Of a DNA stretch of 64,000 nt, positions 37,229-47,347 are shown one piece after another; the stretch's first letter is position 1, and every line of letters starts with the position of its first letter. The position numbers and the translations under genes were made by a program. This DNA is from Clostridiales bacterium UBA4821 (GTDB lineage: Bacteria; Bacillota; Clostridia; Acetivibrionales; UBA4821): NCBI GenBank assembly GCA_002402315.1, contig DHFP01000251.1, forward strand, positions 19,465 through 83,464, written 5' to 3'. The notes under the pieces are model-generated. The model searched no databases and was not told the origin of the DNA. It was given only the letters and a program-made list of their open reading frames with translations.

Positions 37229-37813
37229 ATGAAGAAAAATTTATTAATAGGGGGACTTGTCTTGGTCCTTTTCATTGGAGCATACTTTGTTACTGAAAAC
37301 TATAATGGTTCTAATGTTAATTTACCTACATCAAATAATACTGCTGCAACAGCAGAATCGCCATTACCTCAAACAAATACAGCCCCAAAAGATGCTGAAT
37401 CTACCGAAAAAGCAGCCGATTTCACTCTTACGGACTTAAATGGTAATAAGGTATCCCTAAAGGATTTCAGAGGCAAGAAGGTTTATTTGAATTTCTGGGC
37501 CAGTTGGTGTCCGCCTTGCAGGCTTGAAATGTCTGATATACAAAAGGTTTACGAGAAATATCAGGATAAGGATTTGGTGGTTCTTACAGTAAACTTGGGT
37601 GAAGACAAGAACACTGTGGAAAACTTTATTCACAGGAATAACTATAGTTTCAGGGTATTACTTGACTCAGACCAAAGTGCAGCTCAAGCATATGATATAA
37701 CTTCAATTCCTGTGTCATATTTTATTGACAGTGAAGGAAATGTTATGTCTGAAAGAATCGGAGCCATGACGTTGGAACAAATGGAATCAAATATAGAATT
37801 GCTCGGCAAGTAA
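37229..37813 (+). CDS. membrane-anchored thioredoxin-fold thiol-disulfide oxidoreductase (ResA/TlpA type)
   Basis: N-terminal anchor. FWASWCPPCRLEM active site. Adjacent to ccdA. Confidence 0.85.
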   Translation: MKKNLLIGGLVLVLFIGAYFVTENYNGSNVNLPTSNNTAATAESPLPQTNTAPKDAESTEKAADFTLTDLNGNKVSLKDFRGKKVYLNFWASWCPPCRLEMSDIQKVYEKYQDKDLVVLTVNLGEDKNTVENFIHRNNYSFRVLLDSDQSAAQAYDITSIPVSYFIDSEGNVMSERIGAMTLEQMESNIELLGK

Positions 37814-37857
37814 AAAGTGTCTGTATAAAAAAGCTGACCTAAAAGTTTGATTTTCTA

Positions 37858-37887
37858 AACTGACTTCAGGTCAGTTCTTTTTTTATC
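37858..37887 (+). terminator. intrinsic terminator
   Basis: ACTGAC-TTCAG-GTCAGT followed by TCTTTTTTT. A larger CTGACCT/AGGTCAG pairing is also possible. Confidence 0.7.
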
Positions 37888-38084
37888 CTCGAAAAAATAA
37901 AGAGAAATTTTGTCTAGAAAAATTTCTGAACAGCATCTTTTTATGTGCAAACAACATTTCCATTTCCGTTTAGGTGTCAAAACATGCTTTTCGATAAACA
38001 ATCACGAAATATGACAAAAAAATTAGTAAAATATCAGTAACACTTAATTGGACTTCAATAATTTCATGGAATGGAGGAACTATA

Positions 38085-39188
38085 ATGGCAAAGTTACACT
38101 TAGTGATTGCTGATTCGGATGAATCTTATGTAGAAAGTCTGATTAGCTATTTGACAGACAGTTATCCCCAGAAATTCCAGGTAAGTTATTTCACAAAAGA
38201 GGATTATCTGGTTAAACATCTATCTGATACCAGCAAAAAGGTAGATATTTTACTGGTGGGGCCTGAACTGTCCGAGTACATACCTAAGGATAAGATTAAT
38301 ACAATGATAATACTGTCGGATGGCAGACTGCCGGAGAAGTACAGAAGTTGTGCAATGGTTAACAAATATCAGACCGGAGATAAACTGGTAAGCAGTATAT
38401 TGAACATATTCTCTGAAAGAAATGCTGATGAAGTATATATCCAAAGCAGTAACAAACCTACAAGAGTAATTGGGGTTTACTCACCTACCGGTGGAACCGG
38501 GAAAACTTCTATAGCCATAGGTTCAGCTATGCAGTCCGCGCTCAGAGATATGCCGGTATTTTATCTCAATCTGGAGAATGCCCAGTCAACACCGCTTTTC
38601 TTTGATTGCAAAGGAGAACAGAACCTTTCACATATCTTTTATTTTCTAAAAGAAAAAAGTAAGAATATTAATCTAAAGATAGAAGGGGTTAGAATTGTTG
38701 ACCCGAAGTACAACATACATTATTTTGCTCCACCCGAAAGCGTACTCGAGTTTGAAGAGATTTCACCGGACGAATTACAATACCTGATTAACCAACTTAA
38801 AGAATTAGGCTGCTATGATGTAATTTTTATAGATATGTCTTCAAACTTCGACAACAGAAATTTAGCCGTACTTCAGGCGTGTGATGAAATATTTCTGGTA
38901 CTTACGCAGGATGATATATCAGGCATCAAGCTGAAAACATTAATTAGTGAGATGGATATAGCATCCCCCAAAAGCAACGCTAACCTAAATGATAAATTAA
39001 CTTTGATAATCAACAAGTTTAATCCTATGGGACCAACTCAGATTGAGGGCCTTGATATATTAGGCAAGCCTATATCACTGAGGATACCGAAAGTATCGTC
39101 TCTATTAACCCGACAATCAGATAAGTACGTTATAAATCTTAATAACAATTTTGGAGAGGCATTAAAGGGATTGGTTAACAAATATTAA
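38085..39188 (+). CDS. TadZ/CpaE-like pilus assembly ATPase (pseudo-receiver plus ParA/MinD-type domain)
   Basis: N-terminal REC-like fold without an obvious acceptor Asp. Walker A VIGVYSPTGGTGKTSIA. First gene of the Tad operon. Confidence 0.75.
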   Translation: MAKLHLVIADSDESYVESLISYLTDSYPQKFQVSYFTKEDYLVKHLSDTSKKVDILLVGPELSEYIPKDKINTMIILSDGRLPEKYRSCAMVNKYQTGDKLVSSILNIFSERNADEVYIQSSNKPTRVIGVYSPTGGTGKTSIAIGSAMQSALRDMPVFYLNLENAQSTPLFFDCKGEQNLSHIFYFLKEKSKNINLKIEGVRIVDPKYNIHYFAPPESVLEFEEISPDELQYLINQLKELGCYDVIFIDMSSNFDNRNLAVLQACDEIFLVLTQDDISGIKLKTLISEMDIASPKSNANLNDKLTLIINKFNPMGPTQIEGLDILGKPISLRIPKVSSLLTRQSDKYVINLNNNFGEALKGLVNKY

Positions 39189-39207
39189 AGGTTAGAAGGG
39201 AAAGAGT

Positions 39208-40446
39208 ATGAATTCTGCTGAAAGAACGGCATTGCAAAGCGAAATTAGACAGGCAGCCAGAGACAATATTGACCTTAGGAGGGAGTTAACCGATGAAGAG
39301 ATTCAGGACTTGATAACCAGAATTGTTTTTGACAGATCCAAGCAGCATTACATGAGTGTTACTGAGAAACAAGAGATAATAAATACTGTGTTCAATTCTA
39401 TCCGGAGACTGGACATACTCCAGCCGCTAATCGAGGATAAAGCCATTACAGAGGTAATGGTAAATGGTCCGGATGACATCTTTATAGAGAAAGATGGCAA
39501 GGTGGGAAAGCTGGAAATAAGATTTGACTCCCAGGAAAAACTTGAGGATGTTATTCAGACCATAGTATCAAGGGTAAACAGAATAGTAAACGAGTCTTCT
39601 CCAATAGTGGATGCCCGTCTTAAGGATGGTTCAAGGGTTAGTGTAGTTTTACCTCCAATTGCATTAAACGGTCCTATACTAACCATAAGAAAGTTCCCGG
39701 AAAAACCAATGAGCATAAAACAGTTGGTTAAGATGGGATCAATAACTGATCAGGCTGCAGAAGTTTTGCAGAGAATGGTCATTTCAAAGTACAATATTTT
39801 CATTTGCGGGGGAACAGGTTCAGGTAAGACTACTTTCTTAAATGCACTTTCCAATTTTATTCCTGAAGATGAAAGAATTATAACCATAGAAGACTCAGCA
39901 GAATTGCAGATATCAAGCGTTGATAATATTGTCAAGATGGAAACAAGGAATGCAAATACAGAGGGCAAGGGCGAGGTAACAATTAGAGACCTCATAAAAA
40001 CTTCGCTTAGAATGAGGCCGGAAAGAATAGTGGTTGGAGAAGTTAGGGGAGCTGAAGCCTTGGATATGCTGCAAGCCATGAATACAGGACATGACGGTTC
40101 CCTTTCTACCGGCCACGCAAATTCTACTAAAGACATGCTAAGCAGGCTGGAAACCATGGTCTTATGTGGAGCGTCTTTACCATTAGAGGCTATCAGACAG
40201 CAAATAGCTTCGGCCATTGATATAGTTATACACCTTTCAAGAATCAGGGATAAATCAAGAAGAACAATGGAGATAGTAGAGGTGCCCGGTTATAAGGACG
40301 GGGAGATACAACTGAATCCGTTGTTTGTATTTGAAGAAGAGGGTGAAACTGAAGATAAAAAGGTTATTGGTACACTTAAGCGTACAGAAAATAAAATGCA
40401 TAATTTATTAAAATTTAAAATGGCCGGTATTTCTGTGGAAGTGTGA
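39208..40446 (+). CDS. tadA: CpaF/TadA secretion ATPase (T2SS-E family)
   Basis: GGTGSGKTTFLNAL, ITIEDSAEL and RMRPERIVVGEVRGAEALDMLQAMNTGHDGSLSTGHANS. Confidence 0.9.
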   Translation: MNSAERTALQSEIRQAARDNIDLRRELTDEEIQDLITRIVFDRSKQHYMSVTEKQEIINTVFNSIRRLDILQPLIEDKAITEVMVNGPDDIFIEKDGKVGKLEIRFDSQEKLEDVIQTIVSRVNRIVNESSPIVDARLKDGSRVSVVLPPIALNGPILTIRKFPEKPMSIKQLVKMGSITDQAAEVLQRMVISKYNIFICGGTGSGKTTFLNALSNFIPEDERIITIEDSAELQISSVDNIVKMETRNANTEGKGEVTIRDLIKTSLRMRPERIVVGEVRGAEALDMLQAMNTGHDGSLSTGHANSTKDMLSRLETMVLCGASLPLEAIRQQIASAIDIVIHLSRIRDKSRRTMEIVEVPGYKDGEIQLNPLFVFEEEGETEDKKVIGTLKRTENKMHNLLKFKMAGISVEV

Positions 40447-40455
40447 GGTGAAGTG

Positions 40456-41205
40456 ATGTCTAAAATTGATTATAACACTTATATAATGACTCAAAAGGAG
40501 AAGACACTATATATAATAATTGCAGCTATAGCAATTTTTATTGTAGGATATGTCTTCTACCAAAGCTTCGTCTTTTCAGCATTACTCACTCCAGCTGCAT
40601 TATTTTACCCCAAAATTAAAACTAAAGATATCATAAAAAAGAGGAAAGAAGAGCTTAACCTTCAATTCAAGGAAGCTTTATATTCGCTTTCATCATCTCT
40701 CACAGCAGGTAAATCAATAGAAATGGCTTTCAAGGATGCATTGAAGGATATTGTAATTCTTTATCCCGACCCCGATACTTTTATAATTAAAGAATTCCAA
40801 TACATAATAAGAAAGCTGGAAATGAATGAAACAGTAGAGTCAGCGCTGGAGGACCTTGCTAACAGATCTCATGCTGAAGATATACGGAACTTTGTTGATG
40901 TGTTTAAAACATGCAAGAGAACCGGAGGCAACCTGGTACAGGTTATGAAAAATACATCCGACATAATAAACGATAAAATTGTAATAAAGCAGGAAATATC
41001 TACATTACTTTCTCAACGTAAGTTTGAACAAAAAGTTCTTAATCTTGTACCCATAGGCATGATATTTCTATTGTCAACCAGTTCGGCTGATTTCATGAAA
41101 CCTATATTCACGCAAGTTTCGGGCAGGGTTGTAATGACTATTGCTATTGTTTTGCTGGTTACAGCTTACTTTATCTCAAAAAAAATTATGGATATTGAGG
41201 TGTGA
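40456..41205 (+). CDS. tadB: TadB-like platform protein (T2SS-F domain)
   Basis: N-terminal TM, cytoplasmic helical T2SS-F-like domain, C-terminal TM pair. Position after tadA. Confidence 0.7.
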   Translation: MSKIDYNTYIMTQKEKTLYIIIAAIAIFIVGYVFYQSFVFSALLTPAALFYPKIKTKDIIKKRKEELNLQFKEALYSLSSSLTAGKSIEMAFKDALKDIVILYPDPDTFIIKEFQYIIRKLEMNETVESALEDLANRSHAEDIRNFVDVFKTCKRTGGNLVQVMKNTSDIINDKIVIKQEISTLLSQRKFEQKVLNLVPIGMIFLLSTSSADFMKPIFTQVSGRVVMTIAIVLLVTAYFISKKIMDIEV

Positions 41206-41209
41206 TTAC

Positions 41210-42088
41210 GTGTTAGCGGTTTTCATTATTGTACTTATATTGCTGGGAATTCTATTCATACTTTCAAAGAATAAATATGACAGGTTCTTAGCTCTCATAG
41301 ATAAGAAGGCTTATTCCTTAAAAGATTTCATGCCTATGTCCCTTTATATTCTGGATAGTGTGAAGTACAAATTCAACACTAAATATGACCATGGATTACA
41401 ACTTAAATTAGGAGAATTATATGAGCATAAAAATTCGAGGTATTTCCTCCAGATTCACTGGGCTAATAAGATTGCCCTGATGCTGCTTATGATACTGGTC
41501 ATTGCATTTCTCGGCACGGCTATGGGAAATCCGGACACTTCTTTTGTATTCTTTAGCGTAATTGCATTAGCGGGAGCTTTTTATCTGACAGATAAGGAAG
41601 TAGAGGATAAACTCAAAAAAAGGCATCTCTTAATGCAAATTGATTTTCCTGATTTCCTCAATAAGCTGATCTTGTTGGTGAACGCGGGAATGACCGTACC
41701 CAAGGCAATGGAGAAGATAGTATTGGAGAGACATATTGAAGACAAAGAAAAGGATAGGCCTTTATACTATGAGCTTTATACTGCTTTGATGGAAATTCAG
41801 GCGGGAAAACCGGATACCAAAGCATATGAAGACTTTGCCAAGAGGTGTAAGATACCAGAGATAACAAAATTTACGTCGGTAATCATTCAAAATATAAGAA
41901 AAGGAAATGCGGAATTGGTTTCCATACTAAGACTTCAAGCTGTTGAATGCTGGGAAATACGTAAAAATGTTGCCAAGAGATTAGGGGAAGAGGCTTCTAC
42001 CAAGCTGCTTTTTCCTATGATGATAATGTTTGCTGCTATTTTGCTTATTGTTGTTACGCCGTCTGTGATGCAGCTTCAAGGGTTTTAA
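41210..42088 (+). CDS. tadC: TadC-like platform protein (T2SS-F domain)
   Basis: GTG 41210 lies 8 nt after GAGGTG. Same architecture as the preceding gene. Confidence 0.7.
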   Translation: MLAVFIIVLILLGILFILSKNKYDRFLALIDKKAYSLKDFMPMSLYILDSVKYKFNTKYDHGLQLKLGELYEHKNSRYFLQIHWANKIALMLLMILVIAFLGTAMGNPDTSFVFFSVIALAGAFYLTDKEVEDKLKKRHLLMQIDFPDFLNKLILLVNAGMTVPKAMEKIVLERHIEDKEKDRPLYYELYTALMEIQAGKPDTKAYEDFAKRCKIPEITKFTSVIIQNIRKGNAELVSILRLQAVECWEIRKNVAKRLGEEASTKLLFPMMIMFAAILLIVVTPSVMQLQGF

Positions 42089-42117
42089 AAAACACATTTG
42101 AAAGGGGGTGGACAAGT

Positions 42118-42327
42118 ATGACGAAGTTAATAAAAGATTTTATAAAAGAAGAAGACGGGTTGGGGACTGTAGAAATTGTACTGATTATTGCTATATTAGT
42201 AGGTCTTGCTTTACTTTTTAAGAAGCAAATTGTAGGATTTGTAGCGAAAATATTGGGTGGATTTGTTGGCGCTGAAGTGAACTCAAACAGCATTGAGAAT
42301 ACGCCTGTAAATGGTGGTGTCCAGTGA
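42118..42327 (+). CDS. flp: Flp-family type IVb prepilin
   Basis: 69 codons. Leader ...KEEDGLG followed by TVEIVLIIAILVGLALLF. Classic Flp processing site and hydrophobic helix. Confidence 0.85.
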   Translation: MTKLIKDFIKEEDGLGTVEIVLIIAILVGLALLFKKQIVGFVAKILGGFVGAEVNSNSIENTPVNGGVQ

Positions 42328-42335
42328 TATTTGTT

Positions 42336-42364
42336 GGAAGCATATGCACAAGCTATATGCTTCC
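42336..42364 (+). other. 10-bp perfect hairpin immediately after flp (attenuator or RNA-stability element)
   Basis: GGAAGCATAT-GCACAAGCT-ATATGCTTCC, with no U-tract. Confidence 0.55.
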
Positions 42365-42386
42365 CTCCCTAAGGAGGTGGGATTTA

Positions 42387-43049
42387 TTGAAAACAAATAA
42401 AGGAAGTATTGTGGTAGAAGCTTCATTAGTATTTCCTGTTGTTTTTCTAGCCATTATAGCAGTTATGTATATGTGTATGCTGTTATACCAGAAGGTATAT
42501 ATTCAGTCTATTGCAGACCTGGGGGTCGAGAGAGGAGCTGCAACGTGGAGTAACCCTGCAAAAGATACAGCATTAGGCAGTTTAACTCAAGAAGACTTGA
42601 AGTCGGGTGGACTATATTGGAGGCTGTTCGACCTTGAAAGGGACAAAAGGAGAAGTAATTTAAAAAATTACATTGAAAAGAGATTAGGTGCATTTAACAT
42701 ATTGGAATCTATCATGGACCCTGGCCAAAGGGTTAGTGTTGAGATAGTTGATTACATTATTTATAAAAAGCTGGTAGTTTCAGTCAATGAGAGGTATAAG
42801 ATTCCCGTTGGGAAAACTTTAAGGATGTTTGGTCTGGATGAAAATTATGCTGTATCAGTCAGGTCGGAGGCAGTTTTGAATGAACCTGTAGAGTTTATTA
42901 GAAATACCGACTTTATACTGGATGTGGAAAAGGAATTTGAGAAGACTTATAAAGAATATGGAGAACTAATTTCAAAAATCCGTTCAAGTATGGATGACAT
43001 ACAAGCCAGGATTGCAAAGTTTTTTGAGGAGAAAGAGGGGAGTCAATGA
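42387..43049 (+). CDS. TadE-like minor pilin/pseudopilin
   Basis: TTG 42387 follows AAGGAGGTG. N-terminus KGSIVVEASLVFPVVFLAIIAV is the TadE-type class III signal. Confidence 0.7.
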   Translation: MKTNKGSIVVEASLVFPVVFLAIIAVMYMCMLLYQKVYIQSIADLGVERGAATWSNPAKDTALGSLTQEDLKSGGLYWRLFDLERDKRRSNLKNYIEKRLGAFNILESIMDPGQRVSVEIVDYIIYKKLVVSVNERYKIPVGKTLRMFGLDENYAVSVRSEAVLNEPVEFIRNTDFILDVEKEFEKTYKEYGELISKIRSSMDDIQARIAKFFEEKEGSQ

Positions 43050-45469
43050 GGCAGGATAATCAACGCGGTGCAATAACTGTTTTCTTAAGTATTATTATAC
43101 TGGTAATCATAATTTTTGCCGGTGTATTGGTTGATGGAGCCAGAATAAGAACCGGGGAAACACAGGTCAAAAGAGCTGTTGAAAGTGCTGTAAAGTCAAC
43201 CCTTGCCGGCTATGACAACCCATTAAAACAGCGCTATGGCATATTTGCCCTGCATGAAAATAGTCCGGAGAAGTTGGAAAACACTATAAAGGAGTATATA
43301 AACTTAAATCTGACAAGTGACCTGGGTAAAAATAAAACAGATATGTTTGATGAGACTTACGATTATTTAAAAGGTCTTATTACTAATGACGGACAATTCA
43401 AAGAAGCCAGATTTCTAAACCTTTATGACTACAAAATTGAAGAGGTCAAGGTCACACCTATATTCAACCTTACCGAAAATCAGGTTGCGAGAAATCAGAT
43501 TGTTGAATTTATGAAGTATAGAGCACCCAAACAAGTCTTGGAAGGTTTCTGGGATAAAGTGCAGGCAATGGGAGACACGGGAAAGGTAGCTGAGATTTCA
43601 GAACTCAAGATGCAAATCGACAAACTATATATAGATATTATTAAAGACCAGGAGACACTAAAAAAAACAGTTGATGAAATAAATACTTTCAGTTATAGCA
43701 CATTGGATAGCTATTTTAAGCCTTATCTAACTGCAGTTAATACTGTCAGAAGGTGCAAGAAAGCAATAGAAGAGATAAATGAAGCAATTGAAGCAGCAAG
43801 TAAAAAGGATCCTCCTGATGAAGACTCATTAGAATCGCTTTATGAAACCAAGAGCAGGTTGGAAGAAAAAGAGGCAAAAGCGTCTAAGGAGAGAGACCAA
43901 TATTATAACCTTCTAAAACCATACCTGGAAAAATACAGGATACTTAACTTGGAAGCGGTGCCTGTAGTAATTCGTTTGAAATATAGTGTCATAGAAATAA
44001 AACAGAAAATCATTATGCTGAAGGAATATACAAAGAACCAGGTCAATGCGTCTTCAAGCAGTTATCTTAAAGACTTGTCACAAGACATTTTAAGGGGTGC
44101 GACCGATGATAGCAAGTCTCACAGCATTGAAGCCATAGAAAAGAACTTACCTGATGAAGCTGACGTAAATAAAGCAGTTACTGATCTTGAATTTAATAAA
44201 AGAATAACATCGTACGTTGCCGGGGAGGTCAAATCCTTTCACGATATGTACGCAGACTCAATACGACATGGTGATCCGGAGGCGGATGTAAGTCCATTTA
44301 TCCTGCGAAAGGTGGAACAATTAAAGGAATATAAGAACAAAGTATACATAGGCAGGCTTATTCAAGAAAAGTGGACTGGAGGCAGTGCGGTTGGACAAGA
44401 TTCCAGAGATGACGCAGCGAAAGAGGCAAAAGACATCTTGGAACAGAAGGAGGATGAGAAAGAAAGCCTGCTGAAGCTGCATAAAAAAGAACTGCCTTCA
44501 TATAAGACAGATAACACATATCCTAATAAGGAAATCAGCAAAGACTTCTCTAAAGAAGATGAGGACTTCAGGAAAAGGTATGAGACATTCAGCAGTGGAG
44601 GTAAAGCCGGAAATAAAGAACAACCGGGAGATACAAGCGAGGATATGCTGAATAACCTGAATAATGAAATAGACCTCGATAATAACAACTTTTTCACTAA
44701 AGCGTTTGATACTGTTAAGAAGATGGGAAATGCCGTTAAGGATTTTGCCTATAACGGTATGCTGAGTTGTAGGGACGAACTTTACGTAAATGAGTATATA
44801 ATAGGCACGTTTAATAATGCTGTACCGGAACTGAAGGATAAGACCAGTACTGCAAACGATTTGAGAGGCAGCCCAAAGGATAAGACAATTAAGTATGAGG
44901 TTGAATATATTTTGTGCGGAAGCACCTCGGAAAATTTCAATCTGAACTTTGTAAAAGGCCAGATACTGCTTATAAGGTTTGCAGTTGATACTATTAATAT
45001 TTATAGAGACCCTGCCAAGGTTAGAACGGCACTTGCAATGGCTACTGCCATAAGCGGCTCGTGGTCGTTTGGACTGGCGGTGCCAATTGTTCATAATCTG
45101 ATAATATGCGGTTGGGGAATGAAAGATGCTGTAACCGATCTGAATAAATTGATGACGGGTGAGCATGTTCCTCTATTTAAGAAGTATAACCCGGTTAATA
45201 CTGCTAAAAATGAAATAACCTTTTCCTATCATGATTACCTTAGAATTTTTTTGCTGATAGAACCGAAGGAACAAAAAATGAACAGAATTGAAGACCTGAT
45301 TCAGGTTAAGACTGGAAAAAAACTTTCAGGTGTTAATACATACCTGAGAATAGAAGCTATTGTGTCCATGAGATATTTGTTTATGACTCAGGCATTTATG
45401 CCTGGTGAATATAAAACACCCGACGGTGCGAGGCATAAATTTAAGGTTATCATGTACCAGGGATATTAG
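43046..45469 (+). CDS. TadG-like large pilus-associated protein (Tad N-terminal domain)
   Basis: QRGAITVFLSIIILVIIIFAGVLVDGARI N-terminus. 807 codons with coiled-coil and acidic segments. Confidence 0.65.
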   Translation: MRQDNQRGAITVFLSIIILVIIIFAGVLVDGARIRTGETQVKRAVESAVKSTLAGYDNPLKQRYGIFALHENSPEKLENTIKEYINLNLTSDLGKNKTDMFDETYDYLKGLITNDGQFKEARFLNLYDYKIEEVKVTPIFNLTENQVARNQIVEFMKYRAPKQVLEGFWDKVQAMGDTGKVAEISELKMQIDKLYIDIIKDQETLKKTVDEINTFSYSTLDSYFKPYLTAVNTVRRCKKAIEEINEAIEAASKKDPPDEDSLESLYETKSRLEEKEAKASKERDQYYNLLKPYLEKYRILNLEAVPVVIRLKYSVIEIKQKIIMLKEYTKNQVNASSSSYLKDLSQDILRGATDDSKSHSIEAIEKNLPDEADVNKAVTDLEFNKRITSYVAGEVKSFHDMYADSIRHGDPEADVSPFILRKVEQLKEYKNKVYIGRLIQEKWTGGSAVGQDSRDDAAKEAKDILEQKEDEKESLLKLHKKELPSYKTDNTYPNKEISKDFSKEDEDFRKRYETFSSGGKAGNKEQPGDTSEDMLNNLNNEIDLDNNNFFTKAFDTVKKMGNAVKDFAYNGMLSCRDELYVNEYIIGTFNNAVPELKDKTSTANDLRGSPKDKTIKYEVEYILCGSTSENFNLNFVKGQILLIRFAVDTINIYRDPAKVRTALAMATAISGSWSFGLAVPIVHNLIICGWGMKDAVTDLNKLMTGEHVPLFKKYNPVNTAKNEITFSYHDYLRIFLLIEPKEQKMNRIEDLIQVKTGKKLSGVNTYLRIEAIVSMRYLFMTQAFMPGEYKTPDGARHKFKVIMYQGY

Positions 45470-45477
45470 GGGTTATT

Positions 45478-46701
45478 ATGAGTAGATTTGAGAGTAGCAG
45501 GGGTTCGTTGACGGTTGAAGCTTCTATAGCATTACCTGTATTTATCTGTGTAATTATAAGCATAGCTTTCTTTATGAAAGTTTTTTATGTACATGAAATT
45601 ATTCAACATGCAATTTCAGATACAGCAAGCGAAATATCTACGTACAGCTACATTTATTCAGTAAGCGGTATTCAGAAGCTGCATGATGAAACCGCCGATG
45701 GGCTTGAAAAAGAGAAAGAAGTAGCCCAGAGGCAGGTGAAGACTGTAGTTAATTCAGTTAATGCTTTCAGGGAGGTTAATGACGAAATAAATGACACTGC
45801 TGAAAGTGTAAAAACCGGAGACGTGGGTGAAACAATAGAAAACCTTGATGAGTTGTACCAATCAACCGAGGAATTGGAAAATAGGTATAAAGACCTTGAA
45901 ACGGTTGTCAAGGAAATTGCAAATAATCCAAAGCAAGAGTTAAAAAGCCTTGCTAGTGCATTTGCCAGAACCGGATTTGAAGATATGAAAGCAGAATTGA
46001 TATTAAAGCCAATGACTAAAGCATTTATGGTCAAACACCTTAAAGGCGGAAATGTTAATGATGCAGACAAGAGATTGATAAGCCTGAATGTGGTTGGTGG
46101 GTTTGATGGGCTGGATTTTAGTCAATCCAGGCTGTTTGAAGATAAAAAGCATATAGATATAATTGTGAGGTATAGGGTAAAACTTAACCTGCCTGTAAAT
46201 GTGTTGCCCGAACTGAATCTGGTTCAGCGTGCAACTGTAAGAGCATGGCTGGATGGAGAGGGAGCGCCCGGGGGAGCAATTTCAAATAAAGAAGATATAT
46301 GGGCATTGAGTGATTGGGAAAGAGGAAGAAGGATTCAGGAGATGTACGGTAGGAATCTACCGGAAAATTTCGAGACATTAACCAAATTTGATAATGGAGC
46401 TGCTGCAGTAGTTACAAGCATCAATTTAAACAATAAAACCTACCAGGATAATAAACGTGCCGTAGCATACAGAGTGAACAGCGTTATTAACAGTTTCATA
46501 AATTTTAAGGAAGACCGGAAGAAAGTTGTAGAGAATGGGAAAACGGTTGAATACTATGTAAACGTAAACCAGATTAAAGAGAAGCGGATAATAGTGGTTA
46601 TTCCAAAAGGGTCACAGACCAAAGAATTTGAACAGGTGTTAAAAGAGTGCCGGGAAAATGCACAGGTGAACGGCATAAATCTGGTGTTTGAAGAACTATG
46701 A
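45478..46701 (+). CDS. TadE/TadF-like pseudopilin with a large C-terminal domain
   Basis: SRGSLTVEASIALPVFICVIISIAFF N-terminus. Confidence 0.65.
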   Translation: MSRFESSRGSLTVEASIALPVFICVIISIAFFMKVFYVHEIIQHAISDTASEISTYSYIYSVSGIQKLHDETADGLEKEKEVAQRQVKTVVNSVNAFREVNDEINDTAESVKTGDVGETIENLDELYQSTEELENRYKDLETVVKEIANNPKQELKSLASAFARTGFEDMKAELILKPMTKAFMVKHLKGGNVNDADKRLISLNVVGGFDGLDFSQSRLFEDKKHIDIIVRYRVKLNLPVNVLPELNLVQRATVRAWLDGEGAPGGAISNKEDIWALSDWERGRRIQEMYGRNLPENFETLTKFDNGAAAVVTSINLNNKTYQDNKRAVAYRVNSVINSFINFKEDRKKVVENGKTVEYYVNVNQIKEKRIIVVIPKGSQTKEFEQVLKECRENAQVNGINLVFEEL

Positions 46702-46714
46702 CAAGGAGCATGTT

Positions 46715-47335
46715 ATGAATTTTATTTTGATAATCATTATTGGTGTAATGCTTGCGGGTATAATCAACTTCTTTGCATATTCCGGGAAAAAGGAGCAATC
46801 TCTAATACAACGGTATCTTGATTCTCTTTATGGAGATAATAAATGTTTACTCACGCAAGCAGTGCTGATTACAATATCCATATTACTTTACAGGTCTTAT
46901 GGATTAAGTATTCAGTATGCAAGCTATATTTTATTAAGCGCCATACTGACTGCTGCAGCAATAGTTGATGTGCAAAAACAGGTCATTCCTGATATTTTAG
47001 TTATTATCAGTCTTGTGATAGGGACATTAATGATATTTCTTAATCCTGAATTATCATTATTAAGGTCTGTTCTTGGTGCACTGCTGGCAGGTGGAATTTT
47101 ACTATTTATATCAGTTATTTCAAAAGGCAGTTTGGAAATTGGAGATGTCAAGTTATTTACCGGCGCAGGGCTATTCCTGGGGATAGAAAATGGTTTATCG
47201 GCACTGCTGATTTCTGCAGTATTAAGCGGGTTGGCGGGACTGGTACTGATAGTAAAAAGTGTTTCTGACAGGAAGAAGACTATGCCTTTTGCACCGTTTA
47301 TTTTGGCTGGAGTTCTAATTACCATATTAATGTAA
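46715..47335 (+). CDS. A24-family prepilin peptidase (TadV/CpaA type, no methyltransferase domain)
   Basis: ATG 46715 follows AAGGAG. Candidate catalytic Asp residues in IVDVQKQVIPD and GDVKLF. Polytopic. Confidence 0.8.
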   Translation: MNFILIIIIGVMLAGIINFFAYSGKKEQSLIQRYLDSLYGDNKCLLTQAVLITISILLYRSYGLSIQYASYILLSAILTAAAIVDVQKQVIPDILVIISLVIGTLMIFLNPELSLLRSVLGALLAGGILLFISVISKGSLEIGDVKLFTGAGLFLGIENGLSALLISAVLSGLAGLVLIVKSVSDRKKTMPFAPFILAGVLITILM

Positions 47336-47347
47336 GGGGGACTTTAT

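Noticed and set aside
44498-45166. 222-aa minus-strand ORF inside the TadG-like gene. There are similar antisense ORFs at 39750-40217, 10131-10625, 46924-47325, 4634-5095 and 2584-3036.
   Set aside because: All of them overlap strongly supported sense-strand genes, lack RBSs, and have compositionally odd translations. I treated them as frame shadows.
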